In this document: positions 11,790 to 23,222 of the stretch, piece by piece
Layout: every line of letters begins with the position of its first letter
Numbering within the stretch: position 1 is the stretch's first letter
From: Prasinococcaceae sp. CCMP 1430
Lineage: Eukaryota > Plantae > Prasinodermophyta
Reading direction: 5' to 3'
DNA length: 46,576 nt
Assembly: GCA_013416795.1 (NCBI GenBank)
Contig: RQSC01000017.1
Location: 205,072 to 251,647 of the forward strand
The notes under the pieces: generated by a model
The model's database searches: none
What the model saw: the letters and a program-made list of their open reading frames with translations, nothing else
What the model was told of the DNA's origin: nothing
Position numbers and translations under genes: made by a program

Positions 11790-14744
11790 TCATGCCTTTG
11801 TCTTCTTGCTGCCCTTGCGCCCGCCGATTATGGTGCTGCTGAGCTTGCGCTTCTTCTTCTCGGCGCTGCCCTGCATGTCTTTCACAGCGGCTGCGAGGCT
11901 GCTGGGGCCCTTCGAGGGCGGGTCGGCTGTCACCTTGCGCGCGAATGGATTGGCAGCCCTGGGCTTGTTCATCGCCGCAGCGGCAAGCGCCTTCTTTGTT
12001 GCGACCAGCTCGTCCTCATCCTCGTCCTCCTCGTCGTCATTACTCTCGTCGCCATCCTCAGTCTCCTCTCCCTCGTCGGCTCCCGCAGCCGCGGGGCCGT
12101 CCTGCGCGAGGGGGGCAGGTGCTGCTGTCTTGCGCGCGGCTGAGGTCTTGCCGAAGGCAGAGGTGGCCCTCTCCTCCCTGCGCTGCTCACCGTCGGCGTC
12201 GAGGTACGTAGACGGCGCGACTGCGGCCACGGGCGCAGCATGTGTTGGCGCGGTGTACGCAGCTGCGGCAGCAGCGGCCTGCGCGGCCTGCGCCTCCCTC
12301 GCCTCGAGCAGCAGGCTCATTCGCTCCGACAGTGCCGGTTTCCGGAGCGCGTTGGAGAGCTTAATGGCGCCCTCCAGCGACGCGTCCCTGTTGAGCATGG
12401 CAGCGAGCTCGAGCGCACGCTGGAGCTTGTCTGCCTTGCAGCACGCCTGCAGCAGCCTCAACAGGTAGCCATCCATTTCCTTCTCGGCTTTCAGTACCTC
12501 CTCCTCAGCGCGGCTCACGCCATCCATGTCATCGTCCACGTCGTCATCGTCGCGATCCTTTGCATCATCGTCGGCGGCAGCGGCGGCCGCGCGGCGCACA
12601 CCGAGGCGTGCCGCGGCACTGAGCAGTGCAGTCTCGTACTCGCCCGTACCTGCCATGTCCGAGGGCACCGATGGGGGCACCAGGTCTAGGAATGACATGA
12701 CCGGCCGCGGCGTCACCGAGGGAACGTCGACGTTGTTCAGCACGACGCAGCACAGCTCGGCATCACTGAGCCCGACGGTCCAGTACCGCTCGCTGCCCGT
12801 CTGCTGGGCGTGCGACGCGCTGAAGATGGGCGACCACGCGCCCGCGCCACCGGCCAGCTGGCAGCGAACCAGCCCGGCGGAGTCGGCGGCAGCCATCGCT
12901 CCCCCCTCAGCGAAGCCAAGCCACGTGAGAGTCGAGCCAGCCGTCAGCGGCAGGCTGGTCTCCGCCAGCTGGCTCGCTTCGAGCGCATCGAAGGTGGTGA
13001 CACGCAAGCGCTGCTCGCCGAGAGCGCCGGGCGCTGCCGCGTGCCACGCCACTGCGACATCGCGGCCACGCGCGGCCATGCACACTGTGGGCCCCGGGAT
13101 CGACAGCACGGCGCGCTGGACACCCGCGGGCGAGAACAGGCGCAGATTCCCGACGCTGGTCGCCACAGCCACGAACGTGGTGCCGGCGCTCACGGCCACT
13201 GCGTCCTCGCCCGAGGGCAGGGACAGCTTCCACTCAGCGTTGCCACCCCAGCTTGTGAACGGGCGATACGCGATGACAGAAGCGTCACCGGCGGCGTTGC
13301 GACCCCTGGCAAGGACCATGCCCTTCACACTGAGGGACGCCATGGTGAACACGTCGTAGTCGACGAAGGCCGGGACGCGCGCACCGCGGGTGGTGTCGTG
13401 CAATTCGACCTCGATGACCTGCTCGCCGGCATCGTCGCCGGCGCGCGCGATAATGCGCCCGTCGAGCGACAGCGCCAGGAAGCGCACGCCGCTCTCGTCC
13501 GGGGGAGTCTCGCCAACCTGGAAAGCAGGCTGAGGGCCGACCGCGTCATAGCCGCGAGCGGCGCGCGGCGCGACGCGGCCCGCATCGGCGTCACCGGCGA
13601 CATCGGTGCCCTCGACACCATCTCCGTCGCCCTGGTCCATCGAGTCGTCGTCGAAGCGATAGAGGTCCGCCACGTCCTTCTCCCTCGCACGGTCGGCGTC
13701 GGTGAGAGGGGCGGTGGGCGGCGGCATGTGGTCGGGAATGGGGTTCTCCCAAACGCCGTACTTGCCGCTGGTGTCGATGACAGTGAGGGCGTTTCCCTCT
13801 GGCTTCCAGGCCAACCCACATGCGATGGCGTTGTCGAGGCGCAGCCTGTCGAGGTCCTCCTTCTTGGCTACATCCCACAGCATGACGCTCCCGTCGAGGG
13901 CCGCGGTGGCGCAGTACATGCCATTGGCAGAGAAGGAGATCACCGACACGTCCGCGACGTGGTGGCCCTTGAGCTCGAAGGCCTGCCTGAAATCCTCGCG
14001 ACGCAGGACGACCACGCCCTTGTTGTCCCTGCCGGGCACGGCGAGGAACGACCCCTCCGCCCCGCGCCAGGCGCAGCGGTTGCGGCCGCCGAGCGGTGTG
14101 CCGAGCTCGTCCTCCTCGATGACGGGCGCGATGCGGCGCTCAGTGTGGCGCAGCCCACCGGACTGCACGTCCCAGATATGCAGCGTGCCGTCGGTGCCCA
14201 CGCTGGCGAGCAGCTCTCCCTTGGGATCGTACGCCAAGCTCGCGACCGGAAAGCCGTCGGCAGCCTTGAACACGCGGAAGACCTTGTAGTCGGACGTGTC
14301 GATCAGCTTGATCGAGTCGTCGTCGCCCGCGGCAGCAATGGTGTTGCCGCTCGGATCGTAGGCACACGCGCGAATCGGCAGCTCGAAGCGCGTCACGTTG
14401 GCCTCGAAGGTGCCCTCAGGGTGCGAGTACACGCGCAGCGTGCGGTCCTCCCCGCCGGTGATGAAGTGCGTGCCGCGGGGCGACATGGCCACGCAGTGCA
14501 CGCCGCCCGGCGCGTCGTCGTCGCCCGCGAGCGTGTTGTCGCCATCGTCGCCCTCCTCGAGCTCGCGCACGGTGACGTGCTGCTTCGAGCCGTCCTCGGC
14601 GACGCCCACGCCCTCGCCCTCGCACCGGTGCACCTTGGCGAACGAGTCGGCGCCGCATGTGAGCAGGTGCGTGCCGTCGGCGTCGTACACGACGTCGCAC
14701 ACGCCGCCCATGTGGGCGACGGCCGTGCTGCGCAGCCGCGGCAT
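11790..14744 (-). CDS. WDHD1: And-1/Ctf4/WDHD1 replisome hub (WD40 + SepB-like)
   Basis: N-terminal WD40s (TRFELPIR, AAAGDD..IKLI), PQPAFQVGETP, IEVELHD, LTWLGF, ACCKADK..RALELA, ANPFARK. Confidence 0.9.
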   Translation of the reverse strand: MPRLRSTAVAHMGGVCDVVYDADGTHLLTCGADSFAKVHRCEGEGVGVAEDGSKQHVTVRELEEGDDGDNTLAGDDDAPGGVHCVAMSPRGTHFITGGEDRTLRVYSHPEGTFEANVTRFELPIRACAYDPSGNTIAAAGDDDSIKLIDTSDYKVFRVFKAADGFPVASLAYDPKGELLASVGTDGTLHIWDVQSGGLRHTERRIAPVIEEDELGTPLGGRNRCAWRGAEGSFLAVPGRDNKGVVVLRREDFRQAFELKGHHVADVSVISFSANGMYCATAALDGSVMLWDVAKKEDLDRLRLDNAIACGLAWKPEGNALTVIDTSGKYGVWENPIPDHMPPPTAPLTDADRAREKDVADLYRFDDDSMDQGDGDGVEGTDVAGDADAGRVAPRAARGYDAVGPQPAFQVGETPPDESGVRFLALSLDGRIIARAGDDAGEQVIEVELHDTTRGARVPAFVDYDVFTMASLSVKGMVLARGRNAAGDASVIAYRPFTSWGGNAEWKLSLPSGEDAVAVSAGTTFVAVATSVGNLRLFSPAGVQRAVLSIPGPTVCMAARGRDVAVAWHAAAPGALGEQRLRVTTFDALEASQLAETSLPLTAGSTLTWLGFAEGGAMAAADSAGLVRCQLAGGAGAWSPIFSASHAQQTGSERYWTVGLSDAELCCVVLNNVDVPSVTPRPVMSFLDLVPPSVPSDMAGTGEYETALLSAAARLGVRRAAAAAADDDAKDRDDDDVDDDMDGVSRAEEEVLKAEKEMDGYLLRLLQACCKADKLQRALELAAMLNRDASLEGAIKLSNALRKPALSERMSLLLEAREAQAAQAAAAAAAYTAPTHAAPVAAVAPSTYLDADGEQRREERATSAFGKTSAARKTAAPAPLAQDGPAAAGADEGEETEDGDESNDDEEDEDEDELVATKKALAAAAMNKPRAANPFARKVTADPPSKGPSSLAAAVKDMQGSAEKKKRKLSSTIIGGRKGSKKTKA

Positions 14745-14782
14745 GGCGGCGGACACGCCGCGCCGCGCGGGGCACGGACGCC

Positions 14783-14962
14783 GCGGGAAAGCGGCGGGGA
14801 AGCGGCGAGCCGAGCCGAGCCGAGCTGGGACAGGCGAGGCGGCGGAGGAGTTTCCCTCCCGTCCGCGCGCCGCGCCGCCCGCGCCGTGTGGCGCCCCCCT
14901 CCCCCCTCCCCTCCGAGCAGCACTGCGAAACGGGCGCGTTTTGCGCGCGCGCGCGCGCGAAA
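14783..14962. promoter_or_regulatory. Candidate E2F sites (GCGGGAAA 14783-14790, GCGCGAAA 14955-14962) upstream of And-1
   Basis: Both match TTTSSCGC upstream of a replication gene. GCGCGAAA also occurs elsewhere in the window, so specificity is limited. Confidence 0.45.
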
Positions 14963-15562
14963 ATTTGTAAGCGCCGCGCGCCGCCGCCCGCCGCGTTTAG
15001 GTTTTGAATGCGGATCATTGTTTAGGGGTGATGAGTTTAGGGTTACTGTAAATACCACCCTCTCCCGCTATCGCGCTGTGGCTCCGAGTAGGGTCCGACT
15101 CTGCAGTGCTTTCGTATGGATAAGACGCGCAAAAGCGGGCGCGACGGCGAGCGAACCTCAACTCTGGCCGCGCAACCCTTACCGCGCCGGCACCGATCGG
15201 GGCGGCCGGGGCCGCTCGACAGCCGGCGCGCGGCGCGGCGCGAGGGGCGCCCGCCCACACGTCCAGGCGGGCCTGGCATTCGCAGTGCGCCCGTCCCGAG
15301 CACGTGGGCCGAACGCGGCCTGCTGGCGATGGATCGCCCCATCGCGCAGCCCGGGCGGCGTGGTGTCGCATGCATCGCGTATACAAATGTCCCCAGCATG
15401 CTCACGAGTGTCACCGTTGCTACAGGGCCCTCCGCGGCTGCGCGCGCGATCGCACGTGCACGCACTCGCGCTCATGCCACGCTGGGGCGCCAAGTCAGTC
15501 CACCTGGTTGTAGTAGTCACTCTGATCGTGGTAGTCACAGTACTGAGTCAGTGTATTTATAC

Positions 15563-18314
15563 TCATGGTCCGGCGCCCTGCCCAGCGTCCCCGCCGCCGT
15601 CCCCATGAGGATCGGCAGCGCCCTCCTCGCCCTCCCCGGGAGGATCCGCCAAGTCGCCATAGATCGCCAGCCTGAAGCCACTGCGCGTCACTGAACCGTC
15701 CGTTTTGAAAGTGATCGTCAACTGCTCGTTCGGCGCGACGGTGCCTGCGGGGGGAGCTTGGGTGCCGCAGTACTTGGTGCCTTCGACCGAGACGTCATCA
15801 TACACGCAAAAGGGATGGGACTCGAGGTCGAAAGCAGTGAAGCTGTAATTGGCCGGACCATCGATGAGGATGGTTCCGTCCTGGTTGTCGCCGTAATCGC
15901 TCGGGTGGTTCAGCGACGTGACCACGGCGCTGAGAGCGCCCGGGCAGCCGTAGCCGTAGCATTCGTATTCGACGTCGCCGCTGATCTCCACAAACGGCGG
16001 CGGCTGACCGTACTCTTGGTCGTGGTAATCACTGTGATTTTTGGTCGTGGTAATCAATGTACTCTTGGTAGTTGTAATCACTGTAATTTTGGTCGTGGTA
16101 CTCACTGTACTCTTGGTAGTTGTAATCACTGTAATTTTGGTCGTGGTACTCACTGTACTCTTGGTAGTTGTAATCACTGTAATTTTGGTCGTGGTACTCA
16201 CTGTACTCTTGGTAGTTGTAATCACTGTAATTTTGGTCGTGGTAATCACCGTACCCATAGTCGTAGTAATCACCGTAACCATGGAGGTGGTAATCACTGT
16301 AATTTTGGTCGTGGTAATCACTGTACTCTTGGTAGTTGTAATCACTGTAATTTTGGTCGTGGTAATCACTGTACTCTTGGTAGTTGTAATCACTGTAATT
16401 TTGGTCGTGGTAATCACTGTACTCTTGGTAGTTGTAATCACTGTAATTTTGGTCGTGGTAATCACCGTACCCATAGTCGTAGTAATCACCGTAACCATGG
16501 AGGTGGTAATCACTGTACTCTTGGTCATGGTACTCACTGTACTCCTGGTAGTTGTAATCACTGTAATTTTGGTCGTGGTAATCATCGTACTCGGGAGGAT
16601 CCGCCAAGTCGCCATAGATCGCCAGCCTGAAGCCACTGCGCGTCACTCGGGTGGTTCAGCGACGTGACCACGGCGCTGAGAGCGCCCGGGCAGCCGTAGC
16701 CGTAGCATTCGTATTCGACGTCGCCGCTGATCTCCACGAACGGCGGCGGCTGACCGTACTCGTAAAAAAAGTCGATACAGCCGTAGTCAGATTCGCTCGC
16801 ACCCCATGGCGAGCGATTTCTGAGCCACACCGCGACGTTCGAATCCTGCTCGCAGAAGGCCACCGACTCCCCGTATCCGATGGGTTGGGCGCCCGCATTT
16901 GCCAGGGCGTACTGCACGGGACGGAGGGCAAGGAATCATTCAGACACGGTTGGAGTCAGCGTGCGGCGCGCACAAGACTGCCCGCGACCCCTCAAAGGTC
17001 CGTCGGTGCACACGCGAGTTGCTGTGTGCGCGTCCCAAGAGCGTCGGTACTGACACCCTCACGCACTCCCAACTCGAATGCGCGCTCGGACACGCGCGCA
17101 CGCACCTCCTTGGTCTCCCAGGTCCCATTGTCTGTCGGCGCCCGGAGCTCGATAACCGTACTGGCATCGACGTCGAATCTGAACATGTCATCGGAGACAA
17201 CCGACATGTAGCACGCCTCCTTGCCAAGCATATTTAGAGACGACCCGTCACTGAAGTACGAAACTGTGCCAGCGTGGAAGTGACACGCCAGCAACGTGCC
17301 GTGGGATGGGACGATGACATGGTTCGAAAAGGAGATGGCCATCGTCGTGTCATCGGACAAACCTGCCGCCGTGAGCTGCCACCTCTCCAGCCTGCAGTCC
17401 TCGTCGCCCACGTTCTTGAGCTCCACGTATGCAGGCACGAAGTCGTCGGTGGGGCCTTCTGTCCAGCTCCCGTTTGTCCAGCTCCCGTTCGCCGGCGTCT
17501 CCGTGTAGTGGCCAAGATTCACCTCCGTCACCACGACGCTCGAAGCGTTGCAGCGCTTCGCGCGCATGACTGTAGAGACGTTGGCGGCGTAAGAAGTCGC
17601 GTTCTGCAAACGCAGCAGATCGTCGGCCGCGTTGCGCGTTGGACGCGCGGCCTCGTGCGTCACCATGTAGTACATCCCGTTGTCCGCCCTCCTCACCTCC
17701 TTGCACTCGTACTCCCACGCGTCCGTGCGCTGGCACATCGAGTTCCCGTGATTGTTCATGTAATCCAAATCATCGAGAGCCAGATTGGCAGGGATGACCA
17801 CTCGCCCGGTCGGTCCAGTGCGCGTGTCGCCCCGGATATACGTGTACGGGTCCAGGCCATCGTCACAAACGCCCTCGTCGCTCAGCGAATACGCCACCTC
17901 CGATTCCATGGGCAGCGACCCACACGTGTCCTGAAATACACTGTAGCTGTGGCCGTAGCCGTAGCCGTCGCCGTGGACATCGTCGCCGTAGGGGTACTCA
18001 TACGAGTGACCGCTGTCATCACTGCCGCCGTCACCTGGGGGCACAGTGTAGGTGGCGGGCGAAGGCGGGGGTTGGTCGTAGAAGCGCAGCGCGCGCGCAC
18101 GTGTGTTCTCGCCCACATCCGTGTCGCCGCGCGGTCCGGCCAGGTACGTGCGCTCGGGCTCGTGAGTGCGTGTCTCGTCTACGTGGGTGTCCTGGACGCA
18201 CAAGGGCTCCTCCTCGACGGCGGCAGCAGCCGGTTCAGGTACAGCAAGGGCCTGTGGGTGGCGGTGGGTGGAACAACACCGCGATGGGCGTCGCTCTGAC
18301 TCCCATGTCGGCAA
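15563..18314 (-). pseudogene. Lamin-tail-domain + duplicated CUB domain + Tyr-rich octapeptide repeat protein, frameshifted as assembled
   Basis: LTD (VVTEVN..AYVELKNVG...LERWQL); intron 16912-17105; internally deleted CUB copy at 16590-16760; complete CUB (TSLNHPSDY..FDLE..CVYD..KYCG..FKTDGSVTRSGF) at about 15640-16006; segments lie in three different frames. Confidence 0.7.
16007..16583 (-). repeat. 24 x 24-bp AT-rich coding minisatellite encoding [DE]Y[HNY]xx[NEG]Y[SG] octapeptides
   Basis: Units DYHDQNYS, DYNYQEYS, DYHLHGYG, DYYDYGYG arranged in higher-order blocks; one extra base in the T-run near 16038-16042. Confidence 0.95.
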
Positions 18315-18477
18315 CCTCAGCGTACGATGTCACCCTACAGTCATACANCGCGCCCCGCGCTACGCCACGGCGCCCCGCCCCGCCGCGGGCCACGGCCGCT
18401 GGCGCATATCAAATCGCACCCGCCGACCGCCGCCGCCGACTTGTGGTGCGGGCCGATCTTTTTCGAAAGCCGTCGGA

Positions 18478-18640
18478 TTTTTATTTTTTTTTTCAATTTT
18501 TTGCTTCCGTTTTGTTTGTTTTGTTTTGTTTTGTTCGGTTCGGTTCGGTTCGGTTTGCCTTCGGCGAAGCTGTTTTATTTTATTATTTCTTTTATTTCTT
18601 TTTTATTCTTTTCTCTCTTTTATTTTCTTTATTTCGTTTT
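18478..18640. repeat. T-rich low-complexity tract with (GTTTT)n and (GTTCG)n
   Basis: Directly visible. Confidence 0.9.
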
Positions 18641-19921
18641 GACTTCAGTTCGCAGCTGCGAAACTTTTTCTTTGCTGCGAAATTTCGTTCTACCGCAAAA
18701 AATCGCCCGCCGCCGCGCCGGCGCCCGCGCCGGCCAGCCAGCTTGCGCCGCCGCGCGCCGCCCCCCCCCTGGAGGTGGCGCGGCCCGGCACTCTGCCCGA
18801 GCGATGCCCTGGCTCGTACCCGCCAACCAACAACAACTCCCCCCAAGCCCCCTCCCCCACCCCACCCCCTTTGCCCCCCGGCCAGCCCCGCGCTGTGCCG
18901 GCTGCCGGCCAGGTCGCGCCGCGCGCGCTCGGGGAACAGCGGGGCGGTATTAGGGTTAAAATCGTAACCTAAACATCTGGTCGAGGCACCGCACGCGCAG
19001 ATGTGGGTGAAATGAGGTGATGTGGTGGACCGTTTTGGAACCCTGCGTTCGGCGCGGTCGCGGTCGCGCGCGCGCGCCGCGGCGCCCAAAACGGGCGCGG
19101 GTGTGGGCGCGTGGCTGGTGTCGAGTTGTGACCGCGGGGGGAGGGTGGGGTGGGGTGGGGGAAGGGGACGGGGAGGGCCGGCAGCCTGCCCGCACGCACG
19201 GCGCCCAAACAGTCCTTTTTTTTTTTAGGACGAATTTCGCACCGCGCGTCCGCATCGGGTGCGCGCGATGCGGGACGCGCGCGCGAGAGCAGGCGACAGT
19301 TGCGGGAGTGGACGGGCGAGAACGTGGCCGCCATGTAGTCTCCCCGTCTCGACTTGGCCTCCGCGCACGGGGAGAGGCACGAGAGGGCGCTGGGGGTGCT
19401 GCTCCGCGCCAACCTGCGCGCGCGCGTTTTTCTTCGCCCGATTTTTCGATGGCAAAGGCCCGGAAAACGGGCACGCGCTTCCGCAGCGGCGAGTCGCTGC
19501 GGCTGCGGCTGCGCGCTGCGAGTCGCGCGGCACGCGCGCTCCCCTAGCTCCCCCGCAGCGGCACCAACGCGCTCAAGTCGCTCTCAGGGGGCTGCGCTCA
19601 GACGCTGCTCGGGAGTGTGGCGGGTACGCTCGGGAGAGAGAGAGATCGAACGCGCACCCTACCGAGTGGGATGCGCGCCCCGCAGCAGTCTTTGCGCCTT
19701 GGCCGGCCGGCCGGCAAGGCGCCGACCGTGTACGCCGACGGCGACTCTGCGAGCGAGCGCTCGCGGCTGTGTTCGCCCTAGGCACGCGAAACGTCACCCT
19801 GAGCTCGCCTCGCCTGTGCTCCACTGCTCACACGTGCGCCACACCTTTTCGCCCTACTCCCGCGTGCACTCTCGCCGCCAACGCACCCGCCACCCGCCGC
19901 GCCCCGTACTCGCTTGCACAG

Positions 19922-21436
19922 GTTTTCGAGACATACCAAAAGAACCGCGTCACGTTTGTGCAGACGGTGGCTGAGTTGGCGACCCGTCCACAGAACATCG
20001 AGGCGCTGCAGAGCGCGGGCGTGATGTCGCTGCTACGGCCGTTGCTGCTCGACAATGTGCCCAGCATCCAGCAGAGCGCTGCGCTCGCGCTCGGCCGGCT
20101 TGCCAACTACTCGGACGACCTCGCCGAGGCGGTAGTTTCCAACGAAATCCTTCCGCAGCTCGTGTACTCGCTCTCCGAGCAGAACAGGTTCTACAAAAAG
20201 GCCGCTGCATTCGTGCTGCGCGCTGTCGCCAAGCACTCTCCCGCGCTGGCGCAGGCCGTCGTCGACTCGGGCGCGCTCGACTCGCTCGTTGCGTGCCTTG
20301 AGGAGTTCGACCCGGGCGTGAAAGAGGCCGCGGCGTGGGCCCTCGGCTACATCGCGCGCCACAACGCCGAGCTTGCGCAGAGCGTGGTGGATGCGGGCGC
20401 CGCAGCACTGCTCGTGCTGTGCGTGCAGGAGCCCGAGATCAACTTGAAGCGCATCGCGGCGTCGGCGCTCTCGGACATCGCCAAACATGGACCGGAGCTC
20501 GCGCAGGCGGTTGTCGACACGGGTGCCGTCGCCTACATTGCGCCGCTCATCGTGAACCCCGACAGCAAGCTAAAGAGGCAGGTGTGCTCGTGCCTCGGGC
20601 AGGTGGCGAAGCACTCGGTTGACCTTGCGGAGGTCGTCGTCGAGGCGGAAATTTTCCCGAAGATCCTGGTGTGCCTGAAGGACATTGATGCGCAGGTGCG
20701 CAAGTACGCCGCAACGTGCATCCGGGAGGTGGCCAAGCACACGCCTGAGCTGGCGCAGCTGATCGTGTCGAACGGTGCGGCCGGTGCGCTGGTGGACTAC
20801 GTGAACGAATCGGAGGGAAACAACAGCCTGCCGGGCATCATGGCGCTGGGCTACGTCGCCGCGTTCTCCGAGACGCTCGCGTTGGCAGTGATCGCGTCGA
20901 AGGGTGTGCCGCCGCTGTACGCGGCCCTCGTGAAGGAACCCGAGGACCACATGAAGGCGGCGAGTGCGTGGTCGCTGGGGCAGGTCGGGCGGCACTCCCC
21001 TGACCACGCCAAGGCGCTTGCTGACGCCGGGGTGCTGCCCGCTCTCGTGGCGACGCTCATCGCGCCCGAGAGCAGCGAGGACCTGCAGACGAAGTGCAAG
21101 CGCGCGCTCAAGTACATTGTGGAGCGCCTCACTTACCTGCCCGCGCTCGATGCGCTGCTGCAGGAGAGCGGCCTGCCTGAGGCCATCGTGAAGTACGTGT
21201 TGCAGCAGCTCGCCAAGGTGCTGCCCAACGACGCCGAGGGCCGCCATGCCTTCGTCACCAGCGGTGGCTTTGCGAAGGTACAGCAGATCGAGGCGACACA
21301 GGCGGGATCCGACATCAAAGAGTCCGTCGATATCATCAACAGCTGCTACCCCGAGGAGATCGTGCGCTACTACTCGCCAAACTACGCCGCGTCGCTGCTG
21401 GAGAAGCTCGAGACGTCGGCGGTACCGGTCGCATAG
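19922..21436 (+). CDS. PF16: PF16/SPAG6 central-pair armadillo-repeat protein; first exon not identified
   Basis: VFETYQKNR..FVQTVAELATRPQNIEALQ, SAALALGRLANY, ARM repeats, YPEEIVRYYSP; CACAG acceptor at 19921. Confidence 0.95.
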   Translation, partial: VFETYQKNRVTFVQTVAELATRPQNIEALQSAGVMSLLRPLLLDNVPSIQQSAALALGRLANYSDDLAEAVVSNEILPQLVYSLSEQNRFYKKAAAFVLRAVAKHSPALAQAVVDSGALDSLVACLEEFDPGVKEAAAWALGYIARHNAELAQSVVDAGAAALLVLCVQEPEINLKRIAASALSDIAKHGPELAQAVVDTGAVAYIAPLIVNPDSKLKRQVCSCLGQVAKHSVDLAEVVVEAEIFPKILVCLKDIDAQVRKYAATCIREVAKHTPELAQLIVSNGAAGALVDYVNESEGNNSLPGIMALGYVAAFSETLALAVIASKGVPPLYAALVKEPEDHMKAASAWSLGQVGRHSPDHAKALADAGVLPALVATLIAPESSEDLQTKCKRALKYIVERLTYLPALDALLQESGLPEAIVKYVLQQLAKVLPNDAEGRHAFVTSGGFAKVQQIEATQAGSDIKESVDIINSCYPEEIVRYYSPNYAASLLEKLETSAVPVA

Positions 21437-21619
21437 ACCGAACCCTTGGTCTCCCTCGCTGTCATCCTTGTAAATTTGATCACTAGCCACTGCAGCCAGG
21501 GTGCGTGCGCTGCGTGCCTTGTCCGTACCGGTACTGTACCCGCGCGAAAGCAAAAATGATCACAATTACAGGTCGCAGGAAGTGCGGGGCATCTCACGCC
21601 TCCACGCGGCCGCCCCACA

Positions 21620-23109
21620 TCACCGCCCGTTGGCACGCGCGCTCGCTTTCGGTGCGTGGGTGCCGGCTCGGTTATCGACGTCCTTGTCGCTGTCATCGCT
21701 GCATTGCATGTGCAGCGGCGCGATGTGAATGTCAGCATTTCGAGGTCTGCGATGCCTGATGCACAACGGTGTCAGCAGCATGGCGCAGGCAGCCACGCGT
21801 GCGACGCACCTGCTCGTGAGCGCCGCAGAGTCGTCGAATCGGTACAGCGCACCGTTGTCGGCGCAGGCAACGACCATGCGGCCGTCCGCAGAGGGCGAGG
21901 CCATGCGAACGGGCCGCTTACAGCGCGGCAGGCTGAGCCTCAGCGGTGCCGTGGGCGGGCTCGCGCGCGTGTCCCAGACGTACACGCGGCCGTCAACTGT
22001 GCCCACCGCGAGTGTCGAACAGCCCAAGTCTAGCCCGAAGCGCATAAACCAAATCGAGCAGTCCGCGAACACATACTGCTGCAGCAGCTCCGCGTCGCCG
22101 GTGCCGTACGGGTATAACGGCAGTGTCTTCGACAGGCCAGTCGACGACTCAAACCAGCCAGGCGGCTGCGGTGCCGCGCGCTGTCGCGTAGCGTCCTCGA
22201 CGGGTCGCCACATCAGGATGCGGCTGTCGACGCTCTTGGTGAGCAGCAGATCGCCCACCCACCGGACGCAATCCACGTAATTGCTGTGCACGAGATGCGT
22301 GGAGAAATCCGCGTAGGTCACAAAGCGCGTCTCGAACCTCCCTGGCGGCCCCTCCCACACGGCGGCCTCCTCGAAGAGCTGGGCGTGACGCTCAAGCTCC
22401 CACACGCACACCGTGTTGTCCATACCGCAGCTCGCGAGGCGCAGGCCGCTCGGATGCAAGTCGCAGCTGAGCACCTCGTTCTTGTGGCCGCCCGTGCCTG
22501 CGAGGATCATGATGCACACGCCCGAGCGCAGGTCCCACACCCGTATGGCCTCATCCTTGGACGCGCTGAAGAGCATCCTTGGCCGCAGCGGCGACACCTT
22601 GAGATCGTTGACAGCATGGCCGTGGCCGAGCAGCACGCGGCGGCACTCGCCCGCGTTGCAGTCGATGGCCTTGATCGATCCTTTCTCGCCGGCCACGATG
22701 AGCAGTGGCGCGCCCGTGCTCTCGTCGAGCGACCACGCCAGCGTGTACAGCTTCTCCTCCGGGTCGTCGTCGGCGTAGCACTGCAGCAGCCGCAGCTCGC
22801 ACCCCGGCGGCGGCTTCGCCTCGTACACGTGCGCGCGGTTCGCGCCCACGGTAGCGAACACGTTGGAGTGTCGCAGGTCGACCAGATTGAACGCCAGACC
22901 GTAAATGGGCTCGCCGTGCGCCTCGGACACGCGGTTGGTGAACGTGTACGCCCGCGGCGTGAGGCGCGGCAGCGGCCGCTGCTCGCCGGCGCCGGCGCCC
23001 CCGGTGGCGCTCGCGCGGTGCGTTTCGCGCGGCCGCGAATTCGCGCGCGCCGCGAAAGCGCGTGCGCGCGGACCCGCGCGCGCGGGGAGAAAACGCGGAT
23101 GAGCACCAT
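21620..23109 (-). CDS. FIE: Polycomb PRC2 WD40 subunit EED/ESC/FIE; 5' and 3' ends tentative
   Basis: FATVGANR, LLQCYADDD, GHGHAVNDLK, SASKDEAIRVW, GGHKNEVLS, VHSNYVDCVRW, CSIWFMRF. No in-frame ATG on the main exon; a possible ATG micro-exon at 23109-23107 splices in frame to 22978. Probable last intron from 21809. Confidence 0.9.
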
Positions 23110-23222
23110 TTCAATGCGTGTTACGGTTTTTGCGCGGACAGACGGGCGGGTGTTGACACGCGCGACGCGCCAGACTGCGCGCGGGCGGCAGTCACCTCCC
23201 CCCCTCCCCCTGTCCGGGCGCC

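Noticed and set aside
12810-15608. 932-aa + strand ORF and many other long overlapping ORFs
   Set aside because: Antisense or alternative-frame shadows of real genes in high-GC DNA; Arg/Ala-rich with no motifs.
16007-16583. CRISPR-like array
   Set aside because: Contiguous 24-bp coding units with no unique spacers, no cas genes, eukaryotic context.
16041-16667. Val-rich 208-aa membrane-like ORF
   Set aside because: Antisense translation of the repeat array.
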